Positions 1 to 9,825 are shown, counted from the first letter of the stretch. The stretch is DNA of 62,476 nt from a virus (IMGVR_UViG_3300017788_000023:1-62476), one strand, 5' to 3'. The notes: a model not told the origin generated them from the sequence alone. Numbers and translations: made by a program.

Positions 1-318
1 AACGCCAGCGATGTCATAAGCGACAAGGTTAGGCATTGAACGGCGGATTAGGCTGATTAGGATAGGATCGAAACCAGCAAGACCAGCAGTGTTGCTGCTA
101 CTTAGAGCAGAACCAGCAGGTGAAATAGTACCAGCGCCTAGTGAATTGACTGATACTTCATTGAGCATACCGTGCTCTTCACGGATAGCTTTTTCTTGAT
201 TTTCTAGCAGGGCGGCGGTAACTGATCTGCGGTATGGATCTTTGATCTCTGAAAGACCAACGCCATTAGCGTTGAGAACAGGTGCCCACTTTTCCTGCAA
301 AAGTCTTGAATCTGACAT
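1..318 (-). CDS. gp23: Major capsid protein, N-terminal 106 aa (truncated by window edge)
   Basis: Manual translation MSDSRLLQEKWAPVLN...TAALLENQE...AGFDPILISLIRRSMPNLVAYDIAGV matches T4-like gp23 motifs; AAGGAG RBS; follows gp22. Not in the ORF track. Confidence 0.97.
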   Translation of the reverse strand, partial: MSDSRLLQEKWAPVLNANGVGLSEIKDPYRRSVTAALLENQEKAIREEHGMLNEVSVNSLGAGTISPAGSALSSSNTAGLAGFDPILISLIRRSMPNLVAYDIAGV

Positions 319-356
319 TTGCTTTAAACTCCTTTGAGTATTTGTGTGGTTGTAAT

Positions 357-364
357 TATTTATT
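357..364 (-). promoter_or_regulatory. T4-type late promoter (AATAAATA) for gp23
   Basis: NATAAATA about 40 nt upstream of the gp23 ATG. Confidence 0.75.
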
Positions 365-369
365 AATAT

Positions 370-1491
370 TTACTGCCAGCGCGAAAGAGTTTTGAGATAT
401 GCCGCCATTGCTGGTGAAATATCTTCTTGTCCTTCTACTGGTGTTTCATCCGAAACTTGCTCAGTTACTACATGCTTAGGGAAGTAGCTGCTAATGAGAG
501 TTGCGACTTTGTTCTTGAAGTCTTCTTCAGAAACAAACTCTACTCCTTCAGCAAGTGAAGCAAGCTTTTCTCTTTGGGTGTCAACTAAACCTTCGCTCAT
601 TTGATTGAGTACGACGGTTTTGTGGTATCCAGAGAGTTTATTATTAAGTTCAATATTACGCTCAACCTGTTCGGTAAGGCGATTTTCCATTTCACAAAGC
701 TCCTCGGTCATTGTTTCTACAACATTGACTTTCTCTGCAGGGAGATCGAGGTAGTTTTCTTCAAAAACTTTTTTGAGTCCACCCATGAACTCTTCAGCAA
801 TCTCAAGTTTGAGACCACTATCAAGAGCCACTTGGTTTTCTTCTACCCAAGTAGTGATTGCGTAGTTGAGTGTTTCATCAACTTTCTCTGCAAGTGTAGC
901 AATCTCTTCTTGGAGTTTTGCGGAGAACTGCTCTTGAAGTGAAGAAGCGATAGCAGTTACTTGCTCTTCGATTCTTGACTTGACAGCAGCTTCGAAGATT
1001 GTTGATGCTTTTGCTTTAAAATCTTCGGAGAACTCTCCACCTTCGGTAAGGGCAGCAACATCTTCTTCAGCAGAATAGTTGATTGCTTCCATACCAAATA
1101 CTTTTACATTGTTTGAACCACCAGGAATCTGGTATCCAGATGACTTAACAGATGGAGCAGGATCTTGATGCGTACCACGAGTTTGGTCATCCGAAACTTT
1201 TTTATTGTGGTTTGATGATTTAGCACCAGGATTTTTTTCTCCAGCTGGTTTTTCGAAAGTTGATCCACCATCATCTTCTTCTGATTGACCAGGAGCAACT
1301 GAGGTTGGGATTTCAAATCCTGAATCTTTCCCGCCACCACGAGTTTGCCCATCACTAACTTGACCAGTGACTGGTTTCATGTATTGTGTACCTGAAGATT
1401 GACCAGGAACGATTGAAGGAGAGAGCGCACTTGTGCCAACTTCTGACTCAGTTACAAGCTCCTCAAACTTTTCGTTTAAGTTATCTGACAT
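370..1491 (-). CDS. gp22: Prohead core scaffold protein
   Basis: FSEDFKAKASTIFEAAV motif, acidic coiled coil, C-terminal MAAYL; lies between gp21 and gp23. Confidence 0.93.
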   Translation of the reverse strand: MSDNLNEKFEELVTESEVGTSALSPSIVPGQSSGTQYMKPVTGQVSDGQTRGGGKDSGFEIPTSVAPGQSEEDDGGSTFEKPAGEKNPGAKSSNHNKKVSDDQTRGTHQDPAPSVKSSGYQIPGGSNNVKVFGMEAINYSAEEDVAALTEGGEFSEDFKAKASTIFEAAVKSRIEEQVTAIASSLQEQFSAKLQEEIATLAEKVDETLNYAITTWVEENQVALDSGLKLEIAEEFMGGLKKVFEENYLDLPAEKVNVVETMTEELCEMENRLTEQVERNIELNNKLSGYHKTVVLNQMSEGLVDTQREKLASLAEGVEFVSEEDFKNKVATLISSYFPKHVVTEQVSDETPVEGQEDISPAMAAYLKTLSRWQ

Positions 1492-1533
1492 TTGAGATTC
1501 CTCGTAATTCTACTAATATGTTTATTCTATGAT

Positions 1534-1541
1534 TATTTATG
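1534..1541 (-). promoter_or_regulatory. Late promoter (CATAAATA) for gp22
   Basis: NATAAATA in the gp21-gp22 gap. Confidence 0.65.
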
Positions 1542-1544
1542 AAA

Positions 1545-2192
1545 TTATAAACTTTGTAAGAAATCATTAAAGACTTTTAATGACCTCTCCTCAATATTTT
1601 TTCTGGTTGATTCAGAAATATATTTATGGTATTTAGCAACATTAACTTCTTTTATGATGCCATTTTCCCACACCCACTCTTTTCCTTCCATAATTCCGTT
1701 CACAAATGCGTCAGGTGCGGAAGGATCTGCTACAATATCAGCAGCAGTCGCTAGCATAAAATCATCACGAACGTAGTTGGCGCCATTCTTTTCTTCGATA
1801 GAACCCATACCTCTAGACGAGACACCAAGTTTAACTCCGTTCTCTAAAAGATTCTTTGCGATGTCTCCCATAGGAGTGGTGAGAATCTGTGCCTTACCAA
1901 GAAAATTGCTTCCTTCAGCTTTGAGAGAAATAATTTTATGGGAAACCCGATCAAGATTTACAGTAGGTCCATCGGGATGTCCTAGTTCACCAAGGGCACG
2001 TCCAGCACCAATATACTGTTCGTTGTATCTACCAACTTCGCGCTCTAAAACGCCAAATGGATACACACGACCGTTGCGGTTTTTGATATCTGCTTGGAGA
2101 AAAACTCCCTCGATATACAAATGCTTTTTACCATTTCTTTCTTCTTCGAGAACTTGAACATCCTCGAAATTACCCTCGGTGATAAGTTTCAT
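1545..2192 (-). CDS. gp21: Prohead protease
   Basis: MKLITE, KNRNGRVYP, ALGELGHP, GVSSRGMGS, DIVADPSAPDAFV. Confidence 0.97.
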   Translation of the reverse strand: MKLITEGNFEDVQVLEEERNGKKHLYIEGVFLQADIKNRNGRVYPFGVLEREVGRYNEQYIGAGRALGELGHPDGPTVNLDRVSHKIISLKAEGSNFLGKAQILTTPMGDIAKNLLENGVKLGVSSRGMGSIEEKNGANYVRDDFMLATAADIVADPSAPDAFVNGIMEGKEWVWENGIIKEVNVAKYHKYISESTRKNIEERSLKVFNDFLQSL

Positions 2193-2383
2193 TCTTCTGT
2201 TTCCTCTTGTGGTAATTCAAATTCTACGTCTTCTTCTGGAGAATCAAAAAATGAACGGGCGACAACTTGCTTGTACTCTCCCATTGCTTCTGCTGCCTTT
2301 GAATAAAGGATATCAGAAATTTTATCTATTGCTGAAATACGATTACCATCGCGTACAGCATTTACAATTTCAATAGTGTCCAT
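2189..2383 (-). CDS. Small acidic prohead core protein (gp67/gp68 position)
   Basis: 64 aa with acidic tail between portal and protease; overlaps gp21 start. Confidence 0.6.
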   Translation of the reverse strand: MDTIEIVNAVRDGNRISAIDKISDILYSKAAEAMGEYKQVVARSFFDSPEEDVEFELPQEETEE

Positions 2384-2403
2384 TTAATTAACCTATAATA
2401 AAC

Positions 2404-2411
2404 TATTTATT
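2404..2411 (-). promoter_or_regulatory. Late promoter (AATAAATA) overlapping gp20 stop
   Basis: Motif about 20 nt upstream of the 64-aa ORF. Confidence 0.55.
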
Positions 2412-4038
2412 TTTCTGATGTTTTGGGCTTAGATGGTTCCACTGGTGCTGGTGGTGGTGGAGGCATTGCCCCCACTTCCAAACTAGCCGCGTTCATTAGA
2501 TTTGTGTGAATAGGATCAGGGATTTTACCTTCAGCAATTTCCGCATCCATTTGTAATGTAATTTCATTATATTGTTCTTCAGTTTGCATCAGAACATGCT
2601 TCCTTACATATTCAATTGAATAGTATTTACCCAAGAAAGGATCTAAAGCAGTAGCAACTTGTAGACGATTGCCCATAAGTTCTGCTTGCTTTAATTCTTC
2701 AAAGTGATTATCGTATTGATAATCATATTGAATATGCTCCTGCATTTCTTCCCAATCCTCAGGAGCAATAATGCCCTTTAGAATGAGTTGAGTTTTTAGC
2801 ATGTCATGGAACATTGCGCTAAACTTCTTACGAAGTCTGGCAATCCATTTGGAGAATTTTAATTCATCTCTTAAAATTTCAGATGAGCGACCAAGTGAAA
2901 ATCCTTGGTTGGCATCATCCAAACGTGATGGGGGTAGGTTTAAAGAACTGTATAACTTTTTGCGGAAATACTCTACGTCCTTCAACTCACCTAGATTCTG
3001 CCCACCAGGGAGTGTGGTGATTTCTGTGCCTCTACCACCTTCACGACGAGGTAACCAAAAATCTTCAAGCATACTCATATGCTTTTTGTCGTCACGAATT
3101 TCTCCAGTAGCAGCATCATAAACTAATTTGTTTCTGTAACGCGCCATTGTTTCGCGTAGGTATTGCTCCGCTTTTACTTTTGGAAGGTTGCCTACATCAA
3201 TATAAAAAATTCTTCTTTCTGGTGCGCGTGACAAACGATAGATAACTAAAGCATCTTCAATCATTCTAATTTGATTAAGAGCTTTGATTGACTTATGTAA
3301 ATAACTCAAAACCATTTTTTTGTTTAGGTCTTGAATGCCTGATTGAACATAAGTAATTGCGTCGTTCGCTATCTTTACTCCACTGGAAAGATTATTAGAA
3401 TCAAATGTAGAACTTACAAACCCTTTTGGGTTGTACATGAAATACTCTACATAATCACCAAAATCATAAGCAAGCGCACTATTAACACCACCTCTTTGTG
3501 CTGCTATTGCTACAGCTGCTGTTTTTGGATCTTTGTTTTGAACTCTAACTTTTTTTATTTTTAGAGGATCAATGTATCTAAGTTCTGTAATTCCTGCTTT
3601 TGGATTGTTAAGATCAATTACTTTGTGATAAAAGAGTCTTCCGTCAACATACCAAGTTCTAAAAATTTCATGTGCCCTTGTATCAAAATGAAGAAGGCGA
3701 AGAATATATGAAAACTCTTCTCTAATTTTTTTCTTAATAGACTCGCTTACTTCTACATTAGTTAATTCTATAGAAACTGGAGTATCTGGTAGACTAGAAT
3801 TAATTGCTTCATTAACAATTTCGTCAATAGCAGAATCAACTTCTGGATGCATTGACATATCACGATAACGCCTAATGAGATCAAACTCATTACGCGCTAT
3901 ACCGTCCATATCTACATACGAACCAAAGTAACCACCAGATACGGTAGCTACTGCGTCGTCAGCGGAAGGAGGAACTGGGGATTGCCCCTTTAGTTCCTCC
4001 CCCTTACTTTTTATTGAAAACCCAAAAAGTTGACTCAT
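2407..4038 (-). CDS. gp20: Portal vertex protein
   Basis: YRLSRAPERRIFYIDVGNLPKVKAEQYL, MLEDFWLPRREGGRGTEITTLPGGQNLG. Confidence 0.98.
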   Translation of the reverse strand: MSQLFGFSIKSKGEELKGQSPVPPSADDAVATVSGGYFGSYVDMDGIARNEFDLIRRYRDMSMHPEVDSAIDEIVNEAINSSLPDTPVSIELTNVEVSESIKKKIREEFSYILRLLHFDTRAHEIFRTWYVDGRLFYHKVIDLNNPKAGITELRYIDPLKIKKVRVQNKDPKTAAVAIAAQRGGVNSALAYDFGDYVEYFMYNPKGFVSSTFDSNNLSSGVKIANDAITYVQSGIQDLNKKMVLSYLHKSIKALNQIRMIEDALVIYRLSRAPERRIFYIDVGNLPKVKAEQYLRETMARYRNKLVYDAATGEIRDDKKHMSMLEDFWLPRREGGRGTEITTLPGGQNLGELKDVEYFRKKLYSSLNLPPSRLDDANQGFSLGRSSEILRDELKFSKWIARLRKKFSAMFHDMLKTQLILKGIIAPEDWEEMQEHIQYDYQYDNHFEELKQAELMGNRLQVATALDPFLGKYYSIEYVRKHVLMQTEEQYNEITLQMDAEIAEGKIPDPIHTNLMNAASLEVGAMPPPPPAPVEPSKPKTSEK

Positions 4039-4064
4039 GTTTTAAAAGCTTCACTTGTTTAATG

Positions 4065-4072
4065 TATTTATC
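4065..4072 (-). promoter_or_regulatory. Late promoter (GATAAATA) for gp20
   Basis: NATAAATA in the gp19-gp20 gap. Confidence 0.65.
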
Positions 4073-4074
4073 TA

Positions 4075-4692
4075 TTACGCAACAACTCCAGTTTCTGCGC
4101 CAGTTGCTAGACCACCTGTTGTTGGTGCTTCTACTGTCCAGTATTGTAGTTGGAATTCAACCGTAAAATCTTCAATCTGATCATTGCTGTCATAAGCAAG
4201 GTCGATTTGAGAAACGTTGGTTGGGAAACAACCCCAAAGTTTGTAGTTTCTAAGAGTACTTCCACCTGCGGTAGAATCTCTTTCTAACTGTTGGATAGTA
4301 ATATCAGCAGTGTACCCAGCACTTGCGTTTGGAATAATAAGTTCCGCAGTGTTGGCTTCGTGAGCATTGATGGTTCTCATCCAACGCTCCATGGCGTGAC
4401 GGATTTGGAAGTTTCTATCATTGATGAATGTAGCAGTCCAAGTGTCGAAGGTTCTGTCACCAGCGACTTTAACTGTTCTTCCTCTAAAAGGAACTTCAAT
4501 AACACCCAAGTTTGATGCTGGAAGAGCAGCACTCTTACAAAGCATATTAACCAAATCTTTCTCATCCGTGCCAGTTGGTAGATCTACACTACCCGCTGTG
4601 TTTGGAAAGTTAATTGTTGCTAAGAACAGATTGGGGCGTACACCCTGATTAACTTTTCCTAAAAATTGACTTACGCTACTAGTGATTGCCAT
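4075..4692 (-). CDS. gp19: Tail tube protein
   Basis: RPNLF, VPFRGRTVKVAGDRTFDTW, FPTNVSQIDLAYD. Confidence 0.96.
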   Translation of the reverse strand: MAITSSVSQFLGKVNQGVRPNLFLATINFPNTAGSVDLPTGTDEKDLVNMLCKSAALPASNLGVIEVPFRGRTVKVAGDRTFDTWTATFINDRNFQIRHAMERWMRTINAHEANTAELIIPNASAGYTADITIQQLERDSTAGGSTLRNYKLWGCFPTNVSQIDLAYDSNDQIEDFTVEFQLQYWTVEAPTTGGLATGAETGVVA

Positions 4693-4726
4693 TGTTTTTT
4701 ACCTTTGATAATTTTTAAAAAATTAA

Positions 4727-6859
4727 TTAACCACCTGATACTTCAGAGAAACTCACTCCAGATCTTGTAGCAACAAAAGTAATAGTAATGTAGTTAATTG
4801 AACGAGTTGGTTTTACAAAAATTTCAGCAACAAATTCATTTCTATCAATGACATCTGCTGTGTTATTAGTCTCATCACAAACAACTAAGTAATCTGTAAC
4901 TCCTCTTTTCGATTGAATCTCGGAAAGGAATGAATTAGCAGCACTAGCAAATGACGCACGGGTTGAACTATCGTTGAGTTCAAACAAAACAGTTTTAGCA
5001 AGTTGCCCAATTTTTCTTTCCATCGCAAGGAAAAGACGACGAACGTTAATTCTGTCAAAAGCACTTGGAGTTGCGAGAGCAGTTTTATCTCCAAAAAGAA
5101 CAATGCCTTGACCTGGGAAAGAGGTGATTGGATTAATTCTCTTTTGATATAACTTATCTCTATCAGTTTTTGAAGGAACATAAGCAAGTTTAACAGCATT
5201 TTTAATGTTGCCTCTATTCAATCCAGCTGGTGATACCCAATCTTCTGCGGTAGTAGAAACCTGTACACATAAACCAGCAACATCAGCAGAGCATGGAATA
5301 TAACGATAAGTATCATTGTACTTATCGTAGATGTACTTGTAACCGCTATCAAACACAGCGTATGAGCTGCTGCCAATTGAATTGAAAAAGGCGATGATAT
5401 CATCTCTTTGAGCAGTTGACGAAGATAAAGCAACGAACCCTTTATGTGGAGAAACAAAAGCAACACAATCTTTTCTAGATGTAGCAACATCAATTGCTTT
5501 TTGTGCTTTAGTTACTTGATCCGCTTCTGATGCGAGACTTCCTCCAGTAAGAACAAAATCAAGGTCGATTTCTTCTGTATCAGCGAAAAGATCAAATGCT
5601 GTGGCAATTGTAGAAACGTTAGTGGTGTAAGCGTCAACTCCTGCACTTAATGCTAATGAAGAATTACCAGCAGAAGGAGCAACTGTTCCAGCGTAAATAA
5701 ACGCTGATTTAGCAGCAACAACATCAACATAATATTTTGAAGCACCTTGCTCGTCCTTAGCATTTGCTAGGCGAGAAACATATAAGAATGTTTCTAAAAC
5801 ATTATTGTTTGTATCAAGGACAGCAACGTGTAGATCATTTGCTCCACCTGGGTCGCCAGCAACTGTGGTCCACTTGACGGAACCATATAGATTTTCGGTA
5901 TCGTAATCTGCGACACTACCATCGATAGTAACTACCTTAAGACCATTTGCCCAAGTGCCAGCAGTGCGAGCAGCAAACTTCCAAGCAAATGTAGAATAAT
6001 TTGCTTCGTAATTACTAATTGATTTGATAGTTGGAGCAGTAACTCCAGCTACTGTAACAACAGGATATGCTGTTGATAAAGTAGTTGTTGTAGCGGTAGC
6101 AGCAAAGGTCAATAGTGTAGCGGTAACTGTTGCGCCTGGTTGTGCTACAGCAGTGGTGCCAAGTTGTCCTCTAGTTACTACAACTTGATCGCCATCAACC
6201 GCCGTAACTAAAACAACTTCTGTTGCTGAATTACTTCCAGCGCCAGAGTTAGTTAGTTTGAAATACTTACCAACAGTAAAACCAGCAGCACTGGTTAAGT
6301 CGATAATTGTTTCTGTAGCATCAATTGTTTCGTTAACTACCGTAGTAGTTGCTGAGTCAGCATACGACCACTTGGTAACTGTTGCTCCGCTAGCGTGATC
6401 AGCAGCAACTGAACCCAACTGTGCTCTAGTAACTGCTAGAGAGTTTGCACCGCCAAGTGTTACAGTTCCTACTAAGAAATATTCGTTATCAACTTTAACG
6501 AAATCGCCAGATGCGAATCCAGTTGCGTTGGCGACGTTAAGCTTAGTTGAATCGGTTGAAGCAGAACCGACATCAGAAACAGCGTTCTTAAGATCAGCAT
6601 CATCAATTCTGACTATCTGAAGTTGACCGCCATATGAAAGATACGTCGAAGCAGAAAACCAATCTTCGAAGTTATTTGCGTTAGGAGACCCGAATGTTTC
6701 TAAGAGTTCTCTTTCTGTAGCAATATTTGTAATAGTTCCTATTGGTCCCTTTTCAAAACTACCCACTAATGCGGCAATGTTTGTTTGAGCGTTGACAATA
6801 GTTTGACCAGTTAAATCACGTTCTCTTAGAACAATTCCAGGTGATACTTGACCTGCCAT
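4727..6859 (-). CDS. gp18: Tail sheath protein
   Basis: SPGIVLRERD, SPAGLNRG, FDRINVRRLF, KPTRSINYITITFVATRSGVSFSE. Confidence 0.97.
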   Translation of the reverse strand: MAGQVSPGIVLRERDLTGQTIVNAQTNIAALVGSFEKGPIGTITNIATERELLETFGSPNANNFEDWFSASTYLSYGGQLQIVRIDDADLKNAVSDVGSASTDSTKLNVANATGFASGDFVKVDNEYFLVGTVTLGGANSLAVTRAQLGSVAADHASGATVTKWSYADSATTTVVNETIDATETIIDLTSAAGFTVGKYFKLTNSGAGSNSATEVVLVTAVDGDQVVVTRGQLGTTAVAQPGATVTATLLTFAATATTTTLSTAYPVVTVAGVTAPTIKSISNYEANYSTFAWKFAARTAGTWANGLKVVTIDGSVADYDTENLYGSVKWTTVAGDPGGANDLHVAVLDTNNNVLETFLYVSRLANAKDEQGASKYYVDVVAAKSAFIYAGTVAPSAGNSSLALSAGVDAYTTNVSTIATAFDLFADTEEIDLDFVLTGGSLASEADQVTKAQKAIDVATSRKDCVAFVSPHKGFVALSSSTAQRDDIIAFFNSIGSSSYAVFDSGYKYIYDKYNDTYRYIPCSADVAGLCVQVSTTAEDWVSPAGLNRGNIKNAVKLAYVPSKTDRDKLYQKRINPITSFPGQGIVLFGDKTALATPSAFDRINVRRLFLAMERKIGQLAKTVLFELNDSSTRASFASAANSFLSEIQSKRGVTDYLVVCDETNNTADVIDRNEFVAEIFVKPTRSINYITITFVATRSGVSFSEVSGG

Positions 6860-6900
6860 GAGTTTTTCCTCTTGAAATTAGTTCATTTTTAATCTACAAA

Positions 6901-6908
6901 TATTTATG
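6901..6908 (-). promoter_or_regulatory. Late promoter (CATAAATA) for gp18
   Basis: NATAAATA about 40 nt upstream of ATG; AGAGGA RBS. Confidence 0.7.
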
Positions 6909-6934
6909 AAAATGATTATTTCAAATGCTAAAAA

Positions 6935-6955
6935 TGTGCGTGAACTGTGCGTGAA
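6935..6955. repeat. 10-bp direct repeat TGTGCGTGAA x2, 1-nt spacer
   Basis: Copies at 6935-6944 and 6946-6955. Confidence 0.8.
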
Positions 6956-6959
6956 TAAC

Positions 6960-7187
6960 TTACCAGTCAGGATAATGATAATTAACTGGATTGTTTCTAC
7001 TTTTACTTTGAATTATTCTTTTGTTGGTACATTCTTTACATTCATAAGAATATGAAGATGGCAAGTGCCTTTTTGCTTTTTTAGTCAAATAAAAATCTGA
7101 CAACAAATCTTTTATTGCTCCACAAGATCTACATTCTCTTTCTGTAAATAATAAATGTTGTAATGAAAACTGGTCTTCTATATCCAT
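6960..7187 (-). CDS. Small zinc-ribbon protein (CxxC...CxxC)
   Basis: ECRSC...ECKEC; start overlaps gp17 stop. Confidence 0.75.
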   Translation of the reverse strand: MDIEDQFSLQHLLFTERECRSCGAIKDLLSDFYLTKKAKRHLPSSYSYECKECTNKRIIQSKSRNNPVNYHYPDW

Positions 7188-8851
7188 TAGTACCCCAGCA
7201 TGTATTCTACGTCAGCATATGGATTTCCATAACCATCTGTATACCAAATATTTCCATCTTCGTCTACAAATTTTTCTTCAATGTCAGAGATTCCATCTGA
7301 TATAAATCCAAAAGGTGCCATGTCTTGTTCGATTTGATTCTTCTGTTCTTCGTAGATTCTTTTACGAACATCGTTATCAGTCATTTCCTTAAAATAGGGT
7401 TGAACTGCCAACCACGCAAAAAGAACCAGACACATCACGAGGTCATCATTGTATCCGTCATCAGCTTCAAACGATTGATTTTTTTGAATAAACGTTGTCA
7501 ACTCACTAATAATTTCATAATCAGAAATCAAAAGTTTGTCGTCTTCAATTAATGTCTTTAGGTTAGAACAACCAACCTTCTTAGTAACCTTAGACATTTT
7601 TAAACCTAGCTGAGATTTAGTACCAGAAAATCCTTGACCTACGATTTGACCCGCTCTACCTCGCATGGCACACATTAGAATGTTAGGATACTCTAAGTCA
7701 TAGTGTAAAATGTTTGTTACCTGCTCACCAATATCATTGACTTCTGCTAAAATATATGCTCGGTTGTAATTGTTCGCAACTTGTTCTATAATATTTGGAA
7801 ACAAAATAGGTTTGATTTCGTTATTTCTATATTTGGAAACTACTTTCCAGGGAAGGGTTGTGATATCAAATACGACGAAAGCGGAGTAATCGTTGTTGGT
7901 TCCACGGGATACATCAACTGTTACAATATAGTCGTGGTCTTGCTTTACCTCTTCGTATACTTTAAGACCTTTACTGTTATCTTGTATAGGGTCTTCAAAG
8001 ACCATAGACCTTAACTTAGAAGCAGAGATAAGAGTATCAACCGAACCTAAGAACTCACATTCAAACTCTTGCGTAAACTGCCTCTCTGAGGTGTTTCTAA
8101 TAGTCTCTTGCTTCCACTCTTCATCTCTACCAGGAACAGCACTCCAATGAACTTCAAGGGGCACGTAACCGTTTCTACCACGCTCTGCGTCATGCCATAG
8201 CTTGTAGAACATATTCATACCCTGTGGGGTAGAAATGATAATAACTTTCGTTGTCTTACCAGATGAGATAGTAGGATACACAGAGCTGAAAAACTGCTCT
8301 GCCATGTGGTTAGGAACGAACGCAAATTCGTCAAGGAAGATGATGTTAAAAGAGTTTCCTCGGACCGCTGATGATGATGTAGAAGCAGCGATGATCTTAG
8401 AACCGTTATCTAGTTCCAGTGAACCTTTGTTCCACGCTATGATACCTTGCTGCATCCACCTAGGAAGGTTTTCATAAGCAAGCTGTAAACGAGACAGAAG
8501 TTCTCTTGATGTTTCTGCTTTGTTTGCTAGAATAGCAATCTTGGTGTTGTCGTTAAAGACAGCATAATGAAGTAGATAAGAAATAACAGTTGTTGATTTA
8601 CCAGTTTGTCTAGGAAGCTTTGCGATATTAAATCTATTATTATGAAAATTATGGATTAATTTCTCCTGAAAGTCATACATCTCAAAAGGTATGAGACCTT
8701 CATCGAGTGAGATAATTTTCATATATGTTCTAGCAAAATACACTGGATCATCTTTACATTTGATGAACTCTTGTATTTCTTTTTTTGTAAAACTGATTGG
8801 TGTATTTGCTTTTTTTAAATTTGGATTACCAAGATAGACAGCATCAGACAT
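7187..8851 (-). CDS. gp17: Terminase large subunit
   Basis: YLGNPNLKK, Walker A PRQTGKST, Walker B IIFLDEFAF, nuclease VDVSRG and DDLVM. Confidence 0.98.
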   Translation of the reverse strand: MSDAVYLGNPNLKKANTPISFTKKEIQEFIKCKDDPVYFARTYMKIISLDEGLIPFEMYDFQEKLIHNFHNNRFNIAKLPRQTGKSTTVISYLLHYAVFNDNTKIAILANKAETSRELLSRLQLAYENLPRWMQQGIIAWNKGSLELDNGSKIIAASTSSSAVRGNSFNIIFLDEFAFVPNHMAEQFFSSVYPTISSGKTTKVIIISTPQGMNMFYKLWHDAERGRNGYVPLEVHWSAVPGRDEEWKQETIRNTSERQFTQEFECEFLGSVDTLISASKLRSMVFEDPIQDNSKGLKVYEEVKQDHDYIVTVDVSRGTNNDYSAFVVFDITTLPWKVVSKYRNNEIKPILFPNIIEQVANNYNRAYILAEVNDIGEQVTNILHYDLEYPNILMCAMRGRAGQIVGQGFSGTKSQLGLKMSKVTKKVGCSNLKTLIEDDKLLISDYEIISELTTFIQKNQSFEADDGYNDDLVMCLVLFAWLAVQPYFKEMTDNDVRKRIYEEQKNQIEQDMAPFGFISDGISDIEEKFVDEDGNIWYTDGYGNPYADVEYMLGY

Positions 8852-8858
8852 AACAATA

Positions 8859-9077
8859 TTAATTTTTTCTCTCCCAAGTATTTAGATTTTCTAATCTTTT
8901 CTTCCATGTGTCACCTTTTGTTTCGCCCCACATAGGATTGATACATTCATTTTTTTCTATAGTATTACACACTAAACCAGCAAGATCTAATTCGTTGCCT
9001 TTGTTTCCTGTACCAGTCCAGTAATGCTGTCCACCGATCCAACATGCGCCACATTTAGGGCAGGTTTTAGTATCCAT
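8859..9077 (-). CDS. Small Cys-rich hypothetical protein
   Basis: CPKC plus further Cys; tight packing within the operon. Confidence 0.7.
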   Translation of the reverse strand: MDTKTCPKCGACWIGGQHYWTGTGNKGNELDLAGLVCNTIEKNECINPMWGETKGDTWKKRLENLNTWERKN

Positions 9078-9078
9078 T

Positions 9079-9786
9079 TTAAACTTCCTCTCCTAGAACG
9101 TCTACGTGGTGTTTATCGTCTGAAAATATTTTAGACCAAAACATCATACAAAATAAACCAATCAACTCTTTGTCAAGATCAGGTAATTTATCTAAACAAA
9201 AAAGTTTTTTAATCCATTTATAAGATTGGTAATTTGTCAAATCAGTATTACCGCTAGAATTTTTATAGTACATAATTAATTTTTCTAAAGGCCAAAACCA
9301 AAGTAAATCACATTCAATATTATGTTTAATTTTTCTTACACTTTCTAAAATATTTTCATAAGATTCCATTTCATAATGATCTAAAAGCAAAACATCGCAT
9401 TTGGATTTATACTTAGAAGCATCGGTAATAATAATTTCAACTCTAGGATCTTTTAAAAATGGAGATTCTATTATTTTATGATAATTTAAAACACTTTCAT
9501 TTTTTTCTATAATAGTTAATTTAGTAACTTCTGGTTTTGTTAAAATCCAATTCTCTCTAACACCAAATCCCATACCAGTGACAATGACATGTCCTCTAGC
9601 AAAATAATAATGAGAAAATAATTCATAAGCTTCAGCATGAGAGTTCATGTTATAATACATAAACTGTTGCCCATCGATTTTTAAATAGTATTGAATATTA
9701 TCTTCTGTTTCTATTTCTGCATTACCATACTTGCCAGGGACAAGTATTGGACTGGTATAATTAAAATGTTCAAGTAACGATATCAT
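9079..9786 (-). CDS. Class I SAM-dependent methyltransferase / spermidine-synthase-like protein
   Basis: VIVTGMGFG motif I, LTIIEKN motif II, RVEIIITDA, DVLLLD. Confidence 0.7.
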   Translation of the reverse strand: MISLLEHFNYTSPILVPGKYGNAEIETEDNIQYYLKIDGQQFMYYNMNSHAEAYELFSHYYFARGHVIVTGMGFGVRENWILTKPEVTKLTIIEKNESVLNYHKIIESPFLKDPRVEIIITDASKYKSKCDVLLLDHYEMESYENILESVRKIKHNIECDLLWFWPLEKLIMYYKNSSGNTDLTNYQSYKWIKKLFCLDKLPDLDKELIGLFCMMFWSKIFSDDKHHVDVLGEEV

Positions 9787-9797
9787 TTTTAAACAGT

Positions 9798-9825
9798 ATT
9801 ATATAGGAAAAAAAATGTTTGTCGA
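9798..9825 (-). promoter_or_regulatory. Sigma70-like promoter TCGACA-N16-TATAAT
   Basis: -35 at 9820-9825 and -10 at 9798-9803, just upstream of the ATG at 9786. Confidence 0.55.

Noticed and set aside
7187-8851. Intein or intron in terminase, portal or other core genes
   Set aside because: Normal lengths, uninterrupted motifs, no homing endonuclease seen.
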